Shown here one piece after another: positions 44,238-54,037 of a stretch of 64,000 nucleotides of DNA (the stretch's first letter is position 1; every line of letters starts with the position of its first letter). Source of the DNA: Nitrospirota bacterium. GTDB lineage: Bacteria > Nitrospirota > Nitrospiria > Nitrospirales > NS-4. The DNA is taken from positions 32,001 to 96,000 of the forward strand of contig CAWBGA010000005.1 of NCBI GenBank assembly GCA_963788195.1. Reading direction: 5' to 3'. The translations under genes and the position numbers were made by a program. The notes below the pieces were generated by a model. The model had not been told where the DNA came from. It was given only the letters and a program-made list of their open reading frames with translations, and did no database searches.

Positions 44238-44899
44238 ATGAGTATCAGTATTCGCTGTGAGAGGTACAACGGCTCCGCCGCGCTGTACATGACGCTTGCC
44301 GGCTGTGCGGCGTTTATGTTTGCGGGATGTGCCATGAAAACGCCGGGGTCTCGGACGGCACCGATGTCAACGCGCAGGGCAGCGAAAGTCAGGGTTCTCG
44401 TAAAGACCTGCCCTTAACGGGTTTCACCAAAAAGAATCAAGAAGAACCTGTCCCGGCCAATCTACCCTCCTTCTCGCGCTCACCGGAAGGAGAAGTGGCC
44501 GGGAGCGGAGCAAAGGGAAACCGAGATCGGCAGCGGGATTCGCGACAAGCGCTCAGCGCAGGCGTTGAAATCTTCGACATTTACTTTCCGGTGGATCGGT
44601 GGGGCCTTGTCGAGGAGGAGCGAAAGAGCCTCGTGTCCAGCGCCGCTTTCTTAAAAAAGCATCCCAAGGCGCCCCTGTTGATTGAAGGTTACTGCGATGA
44701 GCGAGGAAGCACAGAATACAATCTAATGCTGGGCGACAAGCGGGCGCGGGAGACGCGGGAATTCCTGAAAGATCTTGGAGTCCGCAATCCCGTTGCGATC
44801 AAGAGCTACGGGAAGGAACGGCCTATCTGCGCCGACCGCGTCGAATCATGCTATTGGCAGAACCGCCGCGCCCACCTCAGGATGCAGGCGGAGCCATAG
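44238..44899 (+). CDS. Pal/OmpA-like lipoprotein (frameshifted)
   Basis: Lipobox FAGC; DIYF, IEGYCDERGSTEYNLMLGDKRA, SYGKERP, NRRAH. Confidence 0.88.
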
Positions 44900-44963
44900 G
44901 GCCGCCGGCTCTCACCGCCCTGGGCGCCGGTCGAGCGCATGATGAAGAACGGTAATTGTGCGC

Positions 44964-45130
44964 TCATCCTTCCTTGATGGCGCCCGTCGTTGTTGTGGCC
45001 ACACCGCTCGAATGCCAATCAAAGCCCAGCACGGATCCCAAGGGCTGGAACCAAGATGGGACGGCGAGACGTCGCAGAACTTCGTCGGAGCCGTATTCAC
45101 TGACCGCATGACAGGTGATTTCGCGCAAGC
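44964..45130 (-). pseudogene. DUF763-like gene fragment
   Basis: EYGSDEVLRRLA.P.WFQ.LGSVLGFDWHSSGV.TTT.GAIKEG. Confidence 0.75.
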
Positions 45131-45149
45131 CGTACGACCGGGAAGTTCT

Positions 45150-46718
45150 ATGACGCAAGCATGTCGTATTCTGATCGTGGATGACGAGACGCCTGTCCTC
45201 AATGCACTGGCGAGCGCGGTACGTGCGCAGCTGATCGGGGCCATTGTGGACATAGCCACCACCGCCGACGCTGCGCTCAAGTACGTCGCACAGGGCAGTT
45301 ATGATGCCATTGTCTCGGATATTCGCATGCCGGACATGGACGGGCTCAGCCTTCTCAAAGAGATCCGAGCTCTATCTCCGGCGACACCGACGATTTTGAT
45401 CACCGGCGCTGATGACCAGGAATTCGCGATTCAAGCGCTGCGCGCCGGCGCCTATGATTACATTCGTAAGCCTCTTGAGGTCGATTACCTCTTGGCGTCC
45501 CTCAATCGCGCCATCCAAATGCGGCAGTTGAGTCTCAGGGTGGACGGTCAGAAGGTCGCGCTGGAGCAACACGCCAGCGAGTTGGAGCGGATCGTGCAGG
45601 ATCGCACCCAGCAGCTCAGCCGCGAGATCGCCGAGCGCAAAGACATCGAGGAAGCCCTTCGGCAGTCGAATCTGAAGCTCACAGCTTGGATTAATGAACT
45701 TGAGCACCGGACACAGCAGATCACCTTTCTCAGCGAGATGACCGCCCTTCTCCAAGCCTGTCATAGCGTGGATGAAGCCTGCATGGTAGCAACGCGATTC
45801 CTGAAGGAGTTGTTTGCGGCCGACTCAGGAAGTCTTTGTCTGTTCAGCGAGTCGATGCAGGTGTTGGAAGTCGTCGCTTCCTGGGGTCCCGACAGCGTGA
45901 GCGTGAGTGAATTCTCACCGGATATGTGCTGGGCGCTGCGACGCCTTAAACCGCATCTCACGAGCGATCACAACTCGACATTGATCTGTCAGCACTTACG
46001 GCCTTCTCAGGCGCCGAATTATTTCTGTGTTCCCATGATTGGACAGGGCAAGGCGTTGGGCCTGCTGATCCTGCAGCCGGCAGTTAAGGAACTCAGTCCC
46101 GAAGCGGGTGTGCGTCGAGATATGATGCTCGCGAACCAGCTTTTGAGCGAGGCGGTCGCCAACCACATCGCCTTGGCATTAGCAAATCTGATCCTGCGGG
46201 AGACGTTACGCAACGAGTCGATGCGAGATCCACTCACTGACCTGTTTAATCGGCGCTATTTGGATGAGACCCTCCCGCGAGAACTGCGTCGAGCCGGGCG
46301 CAACAAGCAGGCGTTGAGCATCATCATGATCGACGTCGATCATTTCAAAGAGTTCAACGACAAGTTCGGCCATGAGGCCGGCGACAGCATGCTGCGCGCC
46401 CTCGCTCGGCATCTCGATGGCCGCACGCGCGGCCAGGACATTGCCTGTCGCTATGGCGGCGACGAATTTCTGCTCCTGCTTCCCGGCGCCTCACTGGATG
46501 TCGCCTGTCAGCGAGCGGAGCGCCTGCGCGAGGAAACCAAGAGCCTTGAAGTCGAACGGGACCCGCGCTTTCTGAACTCTATCCGCCTATCGATGGGAGT
46601 GTCGTCCTTTCCCGATCATGGGTCGACCTCGATGGCCTTGATGCGAGCCGCAGACCTTGCGCTGTATCGCGCAAAAGCGCAAGGGCGCGACCAAGTTGTG
46701 CGGCAGGAAATTCTCTAA
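45150..46718 (+). CDS. Diguanylate cyclase, REC-coiled coil-GAF-GGDEF
   Basis: ILIVDDE, SDIRMPDMDG; CWALRR GAF; DPLT.LFNRR, DVDHFK, RYGGDEF. Confidence 0.93.
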   Translation: MTQACRILIVDDETPVLNALASAVRAQLIGAIVDIATTADAALKYVAQGSYDAIVSDIRMPDMDGLSLLKEIRALSPATPTILITGADDQEFAIQALRAGAYDYIRKPLEVDYLLASLNRAIQMRQLSLRVDGQKVALEQHASELERIVQDRTQQLSREIAERKDIEEALRQSNLKLTAWINELEHRTQQITFLSEMTALLQACHSVDEACMVATRFLKELFAADSGSLCLFSESMQVLEVVASWGPDSVSVSEFSPDMCWALRRLKPHLTSDHNSTLICQHLRPSQAPNYFCVPMIGQGKALGLLILQPAVKELSPEAGVRRDMMLANQLLSEAVANHIALALANLILRETLRNESMRDPLTDLFNRRYLDETLPRELRRAGRNKQALSIIMIDVDHFKEFNDKFGHEAGDSMLRALARHLDGRTRGQDIACRYGGDEFLLLLPGASLDVACQRAERLREETKSLEVERDPRFLNSIRLSMGVSSFPDHGSTSMALMRAADLALYRAKAQGRDQVVRQEIL

Positions 46719-46725
46719 AAAGCGA

Positions 46726-47230
46726 CCATTACACCCGCCCCCCCTGAAGTCTGCCAAGACAGACTTCTTTGCCCCATTGCACCCAGCCCGCCCCGGCGCT
46801 GCCAAGACAGCGCCCTTTCCCGTATCACACCCAGCCCGCCAAACAAAGCTTGCTCGACCCGAAGGCCTGATGATTATTTAAGGCCGCCGGGGAACTTTCT
46901 CTTATCTTTATTTTTGCCCATGACCATTCCATGATTACATCAGCCCATCCCCACCCGCCATTTCACCCCCCGCCAAGCCGAGCTTGCTCGACCCGAAGGC
47001 CTGATGATTATTTAAGGCCGCCGGGGTAGCTGTGTGTTTTTAGATTTGTAATTTTTACTGCACCCCCTGGCATCCCGCCCGCCGTTTCACCCACCCGCCC
47101 AGGGTCGGCCAAGACCGACCCTTTTTCCCGTGGGGCCGCTATCGCGCCCGCCCGCCCCGAGTCTGCCAAGACAGACTCTTGTCCCGAGGATGCGTCCTTG
47201 GCCCGTGGGACAGACTTCTTTGCCCCTAGC
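46726..47230. repeat. Mosaic intergenic repeat cluster (REP-like hairpins plus two ~55-bp elements)
   Basis: Several CACCCGCCC..CTGCCAAGACAG units; GCTTGCTCGACCCGAAGGCCTGATGATTATTTAAGGCCGCCGGGG twice (near 46848 and 46982). Confidence 0.85.
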
Positions 47231-47340
47231 GCGTTTTTAATCTCGGCCTAATCCTGCTCTAATCCGGGAATGCTAGAGTGATGAGTCGTAATCTGCGCTA
47301 TCAGGCGAGAAGTGCATGCGTGCTAGATCGTGGGAAGGCC

Positions 47341-47508
47341 ATGGAAGTACTCGTCACTTGGAAATGTCCGCGGTGCAACGGCGCGAAGGCGGTGGGTTGT
47401 GCTTTGTGCGATGCCACCGGCAGCGTGGAACGCTGGCTGCCGACCCATCTGCTCAGTGAGTTACGTGTGCAGTGGACGATCCGCGCCCGGCGGCAACCCT
47501 TGAGCTGA
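47341..47508 (+). CDS. Small zinc-finger protein
   Basis: CPRCNG..CALCDATG. Confidence 0.6.
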   Translation: MEVLVTWKCPRCNGAKAVGCALCDATGSVERWLPTHLLSELRVQWTIRARRQPLS

Positions 47509-47516
47509 CGACTCGG

Positions 47517-47945
47517 TCACCACTCCGTATACTTCCACGATACAAGTTTTGTCCTATCGTTAAACCGAAGCTCCAGGCGCGAGCCGTGGGGAAAACAAGA
47601 TAAGATCCCTTGATGGGAAACAGGGTACCTCCGGTTGTTCAGTCGGCCGCTTTGGTAGACGGCAATGACTTCGGGGCGATTCAGAATCGTCACCTGAGGT
47701 TGCCCGTATTTCATGTACGCGTCGTTATATGTGAGCTTACCGATTGAGGCGTCAAGCTCGCCCGACAGGGTCTGCTGCCATTTAGCTTCTTCCTTGTGCC
47801 AAGCGTATTTCCGTAAGCGTCTTTGCTCCCTGATCGTTTGGATCAAGGCGACCGACCGCTTCGCAGCGCCTCGGGCGCTCACCTTAATAAAGCGCAAGGT
47901 CATCTTTGCCCAAGGAACCTTAACGTTTTGTGGAAAATGCTTCAT
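47517..47945 (-). CDS. Hypothetical protein downstream of the zorB-like gene
   Basis: Part of ORF 47517..48152; start uncertain. Confidence 0.5.
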   Translation of the reverse strand: MKHFPQNVKVPWAKMTLRFIKVSARGAAKRSVALIQTIREQRRLRKYAWHKEEAKWQQTLSGELDASIGKLTYNDAYMKYGQPQVTILNRPEVIAVYQSGRLNNRRYPVSHQGILSCFPHGSRLELRFNDRTKLVSWKYTEW

Positions 47946-48054
47946 AAGCCAGCGGATGAGTGAGGCGTATCTATACCTACGAAATGGGGGGAATAGGAAT
48001 ACCTCGATAGTGGCAAAAAAAGCGGATTGAGGAAGAAAGGGAGGATACTGGCGG

Positions 48055-48735
48055 CTAGATTGCGGGGAGGGCAGGGGGGACGAGCTTGCGCTCTTGCTGT
48101 AACGCCAGATCGCGCAGGCGTATTTTAAACACCACGCGCCGGCTCTTGTCACGATTCAGCTGTTTATCAATGCTATACCAGAGATCCTGCTTACCCCGAC
48201 CGCTGGCGCTGGTAATCTGCTGAAAGCAGTCGTCCTCGGGCCGGCCTTCCAGAATATCCATTGCCTTGGTCATGACTTGAAACGCCCGCTCCTGGCTGAG
48301 CCGTAGGTTGCGGCGGTCAGGCCCTACGTCGTCGGTGTGGCCCTCGATGGTCACGGACTCAATCAAGGACCTGAAGGGGCCACAGAACGCGGAAGCGTAG
48401 CGAGGAATCACGTCTTGCAAATAACCTTCGGCCGCGGGCCGGAGGGTCGCAAGTCCGAAATCAAAGTTCAGCAGGGCATCGGGCATCACAAGCAGCAGCA
48501 ATTGAGGGTCGTCGGGGTCTTTCTCAATCGGCAGGCCCAGCCGTTCGAACTGCGCCATAAGGATTTCTCTGGCGTTGGGGTCCGTTTCGTCCACTGAGAC
48601 CGGGGGAGCCGGAGCAGACTGGAGGGCCACGATGAAGAGCAATACGAAAATAATCGCGACGGATGTCATCAAATCCGTCACGCCCATCGTAAAGAACTGG
48701 TCTCCGGCATCGTCCTGCCCGCGCGATTGTTTCAT
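48055..48735 (-). CDS. ZorB/MotB-like protein (TM with conserved Asp + OmpA domain)
   Basis: GVTDLMTSVAIIFVLL, IEGHTDD, NLRLSQERA, SRRVVFKI; ATGA-coupled to the upstream gene. Confidence 0.85.
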   Translation of the reverse strand: MKQSRGQDDAGDQFFTMGVTDLMTSVAIIFVLLFIVALQSAPAPPVSVDETDPNAREILMAQFERLGLPIEKDPDDPQLLLLVMPDALLNFDFGLATLRPAAEGYLQDVIPRYASAFCGPFRSLIESVTIEGHTDDVGPDRRNLRLSQERAFQVMTKAMDILEGRPEDDCFQQITSASGRGKQDLWYSIDKQLNRDKSRRVVFKIRLRDLALQQERKLVPPALPAI

Positions 48736-49853
48736 GCGTTGTGGCTGACTTGCGAAGGCGCCGCCTTTGAGGTTTGAGGACGGCGGACATTGCCCGCGGG
48801 GAGCCGTCCCTTCGGGAAAATCTCGGTCCAAGGCACCAGAATGTCGGCGAGCCGCGCGAGTAGCTGCTCCTGCCGGATGGCGCTCGCTTCCAGGCGATCG
48901 AAGACTCCGGCAAGGGAACCCGAAGCCGTCCAATTTTCACCGGTATTCGCGGAAGGCTGCAGCTTGAGCTGCGCCGGGGCGTGCACCAGCGCGGGATCGA
49001 CCTCCGGTGATGCTGCGGAGGCTCCGGCTTTGTGCCGCATGGCTCCGGCGAGCTCCATGAGAGGCGTGGCCATTGTCTCGGTCAGGCTCTTCCGGAAATG
49101 TTGAGCGAGGTCCAGGCTGAGGTACTTCAGGAGGCGGGTCTGTTCGCCATTGTGCTGGCTCATCTCAAACAACCACTCGCTGGAGCCCCGATAAGGAAAG
49201 ACCTGATCGAGCCGGTCGACCAGTGAGTGATAGGTCGCAAGCAGGCGGTGAAACAGGGCCTTCTCGAAGGCCACAAAGATCGAAGCACAGGCGAGCCCCA
49301 CGATGGACGTCACAAATTTGCCGCTGAGACCGTTAATTAACCCCGGCAATCCCGTGATCGCTCCTCCGATAATTTGTATTTTGCTGAGGCCGATAAAGAA
49401 TGCCAGAAAGGTCAATAGCAGACCGGTCCCGGTCAACATTGCGGCGAAGCTTCGATAGAATGGCAGATTTAAGCGGCTGAAGAGCGCGTTTTCAGTAAAG
49501 ACCTCGCCCGCCGGCTGCGTCCCGTAGATTCGTGGTGTCTCGTACCAGACCGAGCCGTCGATCAGTAAGCTTCTGCGATACTTTGCCCAGGTATTCGCAA
49601 AAAGCGGTGACCGCTCAAAGATCTCCGCCAGGGTACTGAGACGGTCCTCGTCGATCTGATCGGATCCTTGCAGCGTGAGTTCTTCGATTTGCTCATCGGC
49701 TAGGCGCAAAGCACCTTGGATCGTCGCCACATGAGAGACCAGCCTCCACGTCACGACGACAGAAACGAGCAGGAGGCCGATTGCACCGAGAAGGCTCAAG
49801 AGCGGCAGATGAACCTGCTCCCCGAGCGTGACGTCTTGCAAGAGAAACCACAT
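48732..49853 (-). CDS. ZorA-like MotA/ExbB-family channel subunit with short tail
   Basis: NLPFYRSFAAMLTGTGLLLTF, GLINGLSGKFVTSIVGL; three TM helices then a helical tail. Confidence 0.8.
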   Translation of the reverse strand: MWFLLQDVTLGEQVHLPLLSLLGAIGLLLVSVVVTWRLVSHVATIQGALRLADEQIEELTLQGSDQIDEDRLSTLAEIFERSPLFANTWAKYRRSLLIDGSVWYETPRIYGTQPAGEVFTENALFSRLNLPFYRSFAAMLTGTGLLLTFLAFFIGLSKIQIIGGAITGLPGLINGLSGKFVTSIVGLACASIFVAFEKALFHRLLATYHSLVDRLDQVFPYRGSSEWLFEMSQHNGEQTRLLKYLSLDLAQHFRKSLTETMATPLMELAGAMRHKAGASAASPEVDPALVHAPAQLKLQPSANTGENWTASGSLAGVFDRLEASAIRQEQLLARLADILVPWTEIFPKGRLPAGNVRRPQTSKAAPSQVSHNA

Positions 49854-49898
49854 AGAACTTCCTCCTCTGCAATCGAATGACGACTCTGCCTAGGAAGA

Positions 49899-49914
49899 AG
49901 CAGGAATCGCACCA
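49899..49914 (-). promoter_or_regulatory. Possible sigma54 promoter for the zorAB-like pair
   Basis: Minus strand TGGTGCGATTCCTGCT, GG-N10-GC. Confidence 0.45.
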
Positions 49915-50246
49915 GGTTTCGTGAGCTTACATCACGTTGTAAGGTCAGAGGTTGTGGGGAGAGCTACCTGCGCTCGGGGCAATTACTTTGACGGGAGGCT
50001 GTAGATTTTGTCAGCCAGGCAATTATTTCCCAGTTCCGGAACGTCAGGGGTGAAACGGAGATCCCGAAGGGATGTCTTGGCAGACTCCTAGGGTGGGCGG
50101 GTGCAATGGGATCGAAAAGAAGTCTGTCCGGGGCACCCCTTGCCTTCAATGTGCAAGGGGTCGAAATGACTTCAGGGCCATGGGAAAAGCGCGCGTTCTG
50201 GCGCGCGCGGGGAGGGCGGGGTGGAAATGGGGAAAGAGCGGAAAAT

Positions 50247-50298
50247 CTACCCCGGCGGCCTTACATAATCATCAGGCCTTCGGGTCGAGCAAGCTTTG
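50247..50298 (+). repeat. Conserved ~55-bp intergenic element, copy D
   Basis: CTACCCCGGCGGCCTTACATAATCATCAGGCCTTCGGGTCGAGCAAGCTTTG. Confidence 0.88.
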
Positions 50299-50342
50299 CT
50301 TGCAGGCGGGGATTGCGCCAAGCAATCCCCGCCTTAAATGGA

Positions 50343-50801
50343 CTAGCGCTTTTTGATTGAATCGGCGTGCCAGGTAATTGCGCTCTGGCTGCGGTCACCC
50401 GACATGCTCTGGCTAGGGTCAATGGAACGATGTCCGCTCCCGAGCGTTGTGGACATCCGCGACGCGCGCGCGATGATCAGATCCTTAGAGGCGAGGTTGC
50501 CGTCGATATTCGTGTGCTTATCCACATGCAAGCGTAGTTCTTTGCCGGCAGTCCCCTTCACGACATAGATATTCCCTTCGATTCGTAGCACCTCGCCTTC
50601 GATCGATTCGGTCCGACCAACAGGGCCCGGCGAAATGCTCTGGCCGACACCGGGTTGAGCCGAGGCTAACTTCGATCCGATATCAGGCGACGATTTGCCC
50701 GAGGCCCCTCCTGTGTCCGTTTGCCCCTGCGCCGCGTACGCGCCGGCGGCCAACCCGATACTGAGCATTGCGCCGAGAGAAAACATTAGCGTCCTTGTCA
50801 T
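50343..50801 (-). CDS. Exported protein with small beta domain, related to 43381..43965
   Basis: Signal peptide; SIEGEVLRIEG..VVK..GKELRLHVD. Confidence 0.75.
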   Translation of the reverse strand: MTRTLMFSLGAMLSIGLAAGAYAAQGQTDTGGASGKSSPDIGSKLASAQPGVGQSISPGPVGRTESIEGEVLRIEGNIYVVKGTAGKELRLHVDKHTNIDGNLASKDLIIARASRMSTTLGSGHRSIDPSQSMSGDRSQSAITWHADSIKKR

Positions 50802-50917
50802 TCTTCCCCCTTGATAATTGTTGAACCGGTTGCCAGCATGACAGCTATAGGGTCATAGCCTCTATTCCCCCTTGGACCGTATCGACGGCAAAAGAGTGGA
50901 GTGCACAGGAGTAAGAC

Positions 50918-51283
50918 ATGAACGACAAGACGCGAGTATCGTTATCTCCGTGTCCATCTTCACCGAATTGCGTGTCATCTCTAGAAACGGAGGATGAAAA
51001 GCATCGCGTAGAACCCTTAACCTGGTCCGGTGATCTGTCTCACACGAAAAGCCGCCTTCGGCAGGCAATAGTTGCTGCCGGGAACGCGACATTTGTCCGG
51101 GAAACCGATACGTACTGGAAAGTGGAATTTCGAAGCCGCTTTTTTCGATTTGTCGACGATGTGGAATTCTGGTTTGACCGTGAAACCAACGTCGTTCACA
51201 TCCGGTCAGCCTCGCGTGTGGGGTACTCTGATTTTGGCGTCAATCGAAAGCGAATTGAAAAGATTCGCTTGCTGATGGGCTAG
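50918..51283 (+). CDS. DUF1499-like protein
   Basis: PCPSSPNCVSS, FRFVDDVEF, IRSASRVGYSDFGVNRKR. Confidence 0.92.
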   Translation: MNDKTRVSLSPCPSSPNCVSSLETEDEKHRVEPLTWSGDLSHTKSRLRQAIVAAGNATFVRETDTYWKVEFRSRFFRFVDDVEFWFDRETNVVHIRSASRVGYSDFGVNRKRIEKIRLLMG

Positions 51284-51727
51284 GGGCAAAGGGATGCGTC
51301 TCGGCGCATCACAGGGCTGGGTGGGTGTAATGGAAAATTGAATCTGGCCCCGGGATAAGGCCTGCTTCAGGCTGGGGGTCGAATGACTCCAAGACGGGCG
51401 GGTGCCATGGCAATGAGGCAATAGTCGAACGAGTTCGCGGCGTCCAAGCTGGAGTCAGCGTGTTGCAGGCGCTGCAGTCCGGTCCCGGGCTCGATCTAAG
51501 TAAAAGCGCTTGAAGAGGGTACGAACGGGGAATGACAGGAAATCCAGGACGGTATAGGCTATCCAGAGTATTCTAAAAATGGTAGGTGTAATGGCGAGTG
51601 TAAACGGGAAAAGAGGCTGTCCCACGGGAAAAAAGCCTGTCGGGGTACCCGTTGCTCCTCAAATGCAATGGGTCAATGGCTTGGGGAGGGCGGGTGAGAT
51701 GAAGATTTAAATCTAAGAGTCCAGAAA

Positions 51728-51835
51728 CTATCCCGGCGGCCTTAAATAATCATCAGGCCCATGGGCGAGACGAACTCGTCCTGGCGAGTTCTGGGGTGGG
51801 CTGGGTGTAGTGGCGAGCAAGCTTTGTTTGGCGGG
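51728..51835 (+). repeat. Conserved ~55-bp element, copy E, interrupted by ~55 bp
   Basis: CTATCCCGGCGGCCTTAAATAATCATCAGGCC ... CGAGCAAGCTTTGTTTGGCGGG. Confidence 0.75.
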
Positions 51836-51861
51836 TGTAATAATGACGGAAGGAGGTTGCC

Positions 51862-52314
51862 ATGACGCATAAGAGTCAGATGGTTCTTGCGGCAGTCCTT
51901 GCAGTGAGCTTTGTCGGGTTTGCCTATGCGGGTGCGGTGGCCGGCGCTGGAAGTGGTGGCGCGGGTGGTTCGCAGGGTGGAGCTCCTGAGACCGGCGGTG
52001 GACCCGGCATTGCGCCAGGCACGACCCCAGGGCAAACGGCCCCAGGCAGCAGTGATATTGGCAGACCACCGGGCCCTGGAAGCCCGACGCAACCCGGGAC
52101 CAAGAGTCGTCCTGGAGAATCGAACTTGGGAATTGAGCGAGGACCTCTACCTCCTGCTTCAACGATCCCGCCTGACAGCGGCATTGCTCCCCCGCCCCGC
52201 ACGGGAGACTCACAAGGAACTGGCAGTGGTCTAGGATCGCCTACGCCGGGGTTGGGGGAAAGCGCGCCAAATCCAGCGGGAAGCGGTTCGACAGGCGGCA
52301 GCTCGAACAGGTAG
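51862..52314 (+). CDS. Exported Gly/Pro-rich disordered protein
   Basis: RBS AGGAGG, signal peptide AYA, low complexity. Confidence 0.75.
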   Translation: MTHKSQMVLAAVLAVSFVGFAYAGAVAGAGSGGAGGSQGGAPETGGGPGIAPGTTPGQTAPGSSDIGRPPGPGSPTQPGTKSRPGESNLGIERGPLPPASTIPPDSGIAPPPRTGDSQGTGSGLGSPTPGLGESAPNPAGSGSTGGSSNR

Positions 52315-52327
52315 ATGATCCGGTCCT

Positions 52328-52353
52328 TGCTGCCCGCATCTAGGCGGGCAGCA
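52328..52353. terminator. Hairpin between convergent genes
   Basis: TGCTGCCCGC-ATCTAG-GCGGGCAGCA. Confidence 0.55.
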
Positions 52354-52370
52354 GACTCCGGTCCTGGACA

Positions 52371-52508
52371 CTAAAATCCCAAACACTCTGCGTGGCTACA
52401 CGGACAGGGTTTGGTTCCTCCCAGTTTTGCTGCGCTCTCACACTCCTTCCCGCAATACGAGGAGTGCGGCGCAGTTGGACACCGGCATTCCTGGTGTCCA
52501 CAGCTCAT
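52371..52508 (-). CDS. Metallothionein-like Cys/His-rich peptide (45 aa)
   Basis: MSCGHQECRCPTAPHSSYCGKECESAAKLGGTKPCPCSHAECLGF. Confidence 0.65.
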   Translation of the reverse strand: MSCGHQECRCPTAPHSSYCGKECESAAKLGGTKPCPCSHAECLGF

Positions 52509-53093
52509 AGTATTATTCACAGTCGGCTTTGGATGTCCATCAGGCATAAGGGCGTCTCCGAAAGTCCATTGTAATCCTTTCGCCGCAGCAGGTGTTGTCA
52601 CCCTGCATGGCTTGCTCTTCACTTCAACATAAACCTATGTTAAGCTGTTGCCTATGAAACATACAGTACTCCATGTCAGTGTGATCGCCATGTTCCTTTT
52701 CGGCCGCTCCCGCCATCACGCGCGCAGACCCTGGGCCGCCGGTGCCTGAAGCAGCTCGGATTTGTTCGGTGCGCTTACCGAACTGGGTGTCACCATCAGC
52801 GCGACTCTAGCGCAAGAGGTCATCAAGGCCGGCGAGAGTTTGACCAAAGAGCATTTTGACATTGAATCGTGGCGGGGTCCTGGTCTCGATCCGGAGGAAT
52901 CGTGGGCGGCTTCACATGAAGCTGTACCCAAAGGGTAAAAGCAAATCAGACGAACACCTCAACGCCGAGACCTACTACCGCCTGGACCGCCACGGTCTGA
53001 AAGAGCTGGAATTTAGCACTTCCCGCTAATAGCACTGCCCGAAGAAAGCCCCAAAAGAAGGCCTCAACACTTCCACCATAAAGGAGCGAACCC

Positions 53094-53192
53094 ATGGGCA
53101 AAGGTCAGGACCAGCGAAAAGAGACGAAGAAGAAACCGGCAAAATCAATGGCGGAAAAACGGGCTGCGAAAAGGGCCAAAAAGAAGTCCTAG
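53094..53192 (+). CDS. Very small basic protein (32 aa)
   Basis: RBS AAGGAG; MGKGQDQRKETKKKPAKSMAEKRAAKRAKKKS. Confidence 0.65.
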   Translation: MGKGQDQRKETKKKPAKSMAEKRAAKRAKKKS

Positions 53193-53212
53193 GATTCCTG
53201 GCGCAGACTCGA

Positions 53213-53629
53213 TCATTCCTCGTTTTCGACAGCCTTGCGGTTCGCCTTGAGTCCCGCCCGGTGGTGTTTGGTCTCAAGTATCTTCTCTTTCGCGCGCTTG
53301 CTTCGCTTTCGCTTTTGACGGCGGATCTTCTCGATCTCTTGCTGGCGCCGACTGGCCGCGCCTAACACCACTTCTTCCATCTTGTCCGCCAGCCGCCTAC
53401 GGGCCAGAAATCGATTCATCCCTTGAGAACGCTCCTCCTGGCAGCGTACCGATAGCCCGGAGGCGCGGTGAATCAGAATCACACAGGTGGAGACCTTGTT
53501 GACATTCTGACCGCCGGGTCCCCCGGCGCGCACGAAGCGCTCTTCCAGGTCCTGCTCACGAATGCCCAGCTTGAGCAGACGGGCTTCCAGCGCCTTCCAT
53601 TTGTCAGAGCTGACGGGAAAATTCGGCAA
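53213..53629 (-). CDS. GGQ-motif peptide chain release factor-like protein (ribosome rescue type)
   Basis: GGPGGQNVNKVST, CQEERSQ..NR; basic C-terminal tail. Confidence 0.88.
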   Translation of the reverse strand: MPNFPVSSDKWKALEARLLKLGIREQDLEERFVRAGGPGGQNVNKVSTCVILIHRASGLSVRCQEERSQGMNRFLARRRLADKMEEVVLGAASRRQQEIEKIRRQKRKRSKRAKEKILETKHHRAGLKANRKAVENEE

Positions 53630-53776
53630 GGTAAGTTACTCATCCATGTCGATGGTTTTGTCCTGGGACAAGCCATGTCCGCGTGAAACCGGCCGCCTGC
53701 GTAGTCTAACGGGGCTTGGGGGCTTTGGGAAGCGGTTGGACTTATTTCACCAAAAAGGTATATATTTTATACCAAT

Positions 53777-54037
53777 ATGGAATTCGAGTTCGATGAGTCG
53801 AAGAGCCGCACAAACAAGGAAAGACACGGAATCGATTTCGTTGATGCGCAGGCTCTCTGGGAAGACATGGATTTACTCGAGGTCCCGGCGAAAATGGAAG
53901 ATGAGCCGCGAGCCGTCGTCATAGGAAAGATCGGAGGGCAGCACTGGTCGGCGATCATTCCATGGGGAAAGGACAAGATCAGGATTATATCCGTCAGACG
54001 ATCCCGGAAAGAGGAGCGGGAACTCTATGAAAGCTAA
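53777..54037 (+). CDS. brnT: BrnT family toxin
   Basis: FEFDESKS..NKERHGIDF, IRIISVRRSRKEERELY. Confidence 0.9.
   Translation: MEFEFDESKSRTNKERHGIDFVDAQALWEDMDLLEVPAKMEDEPRAVVIGKIGGQHWSAIIPWGKDKIRIISVRRSRKEERELYES

Noticed and set aside
46726..47230. Possible CRISPR array
   Set aside because: Repeats vary in length, orientation and spacing; there are no unique equal-length spacers and no cas genes.
52621..52646. dif-like palindrome TTCAACATAAACCTATGTTAAG
   Set aside because: Spacer too short for a 28-bp dif site; may be an operator, but unsupported.
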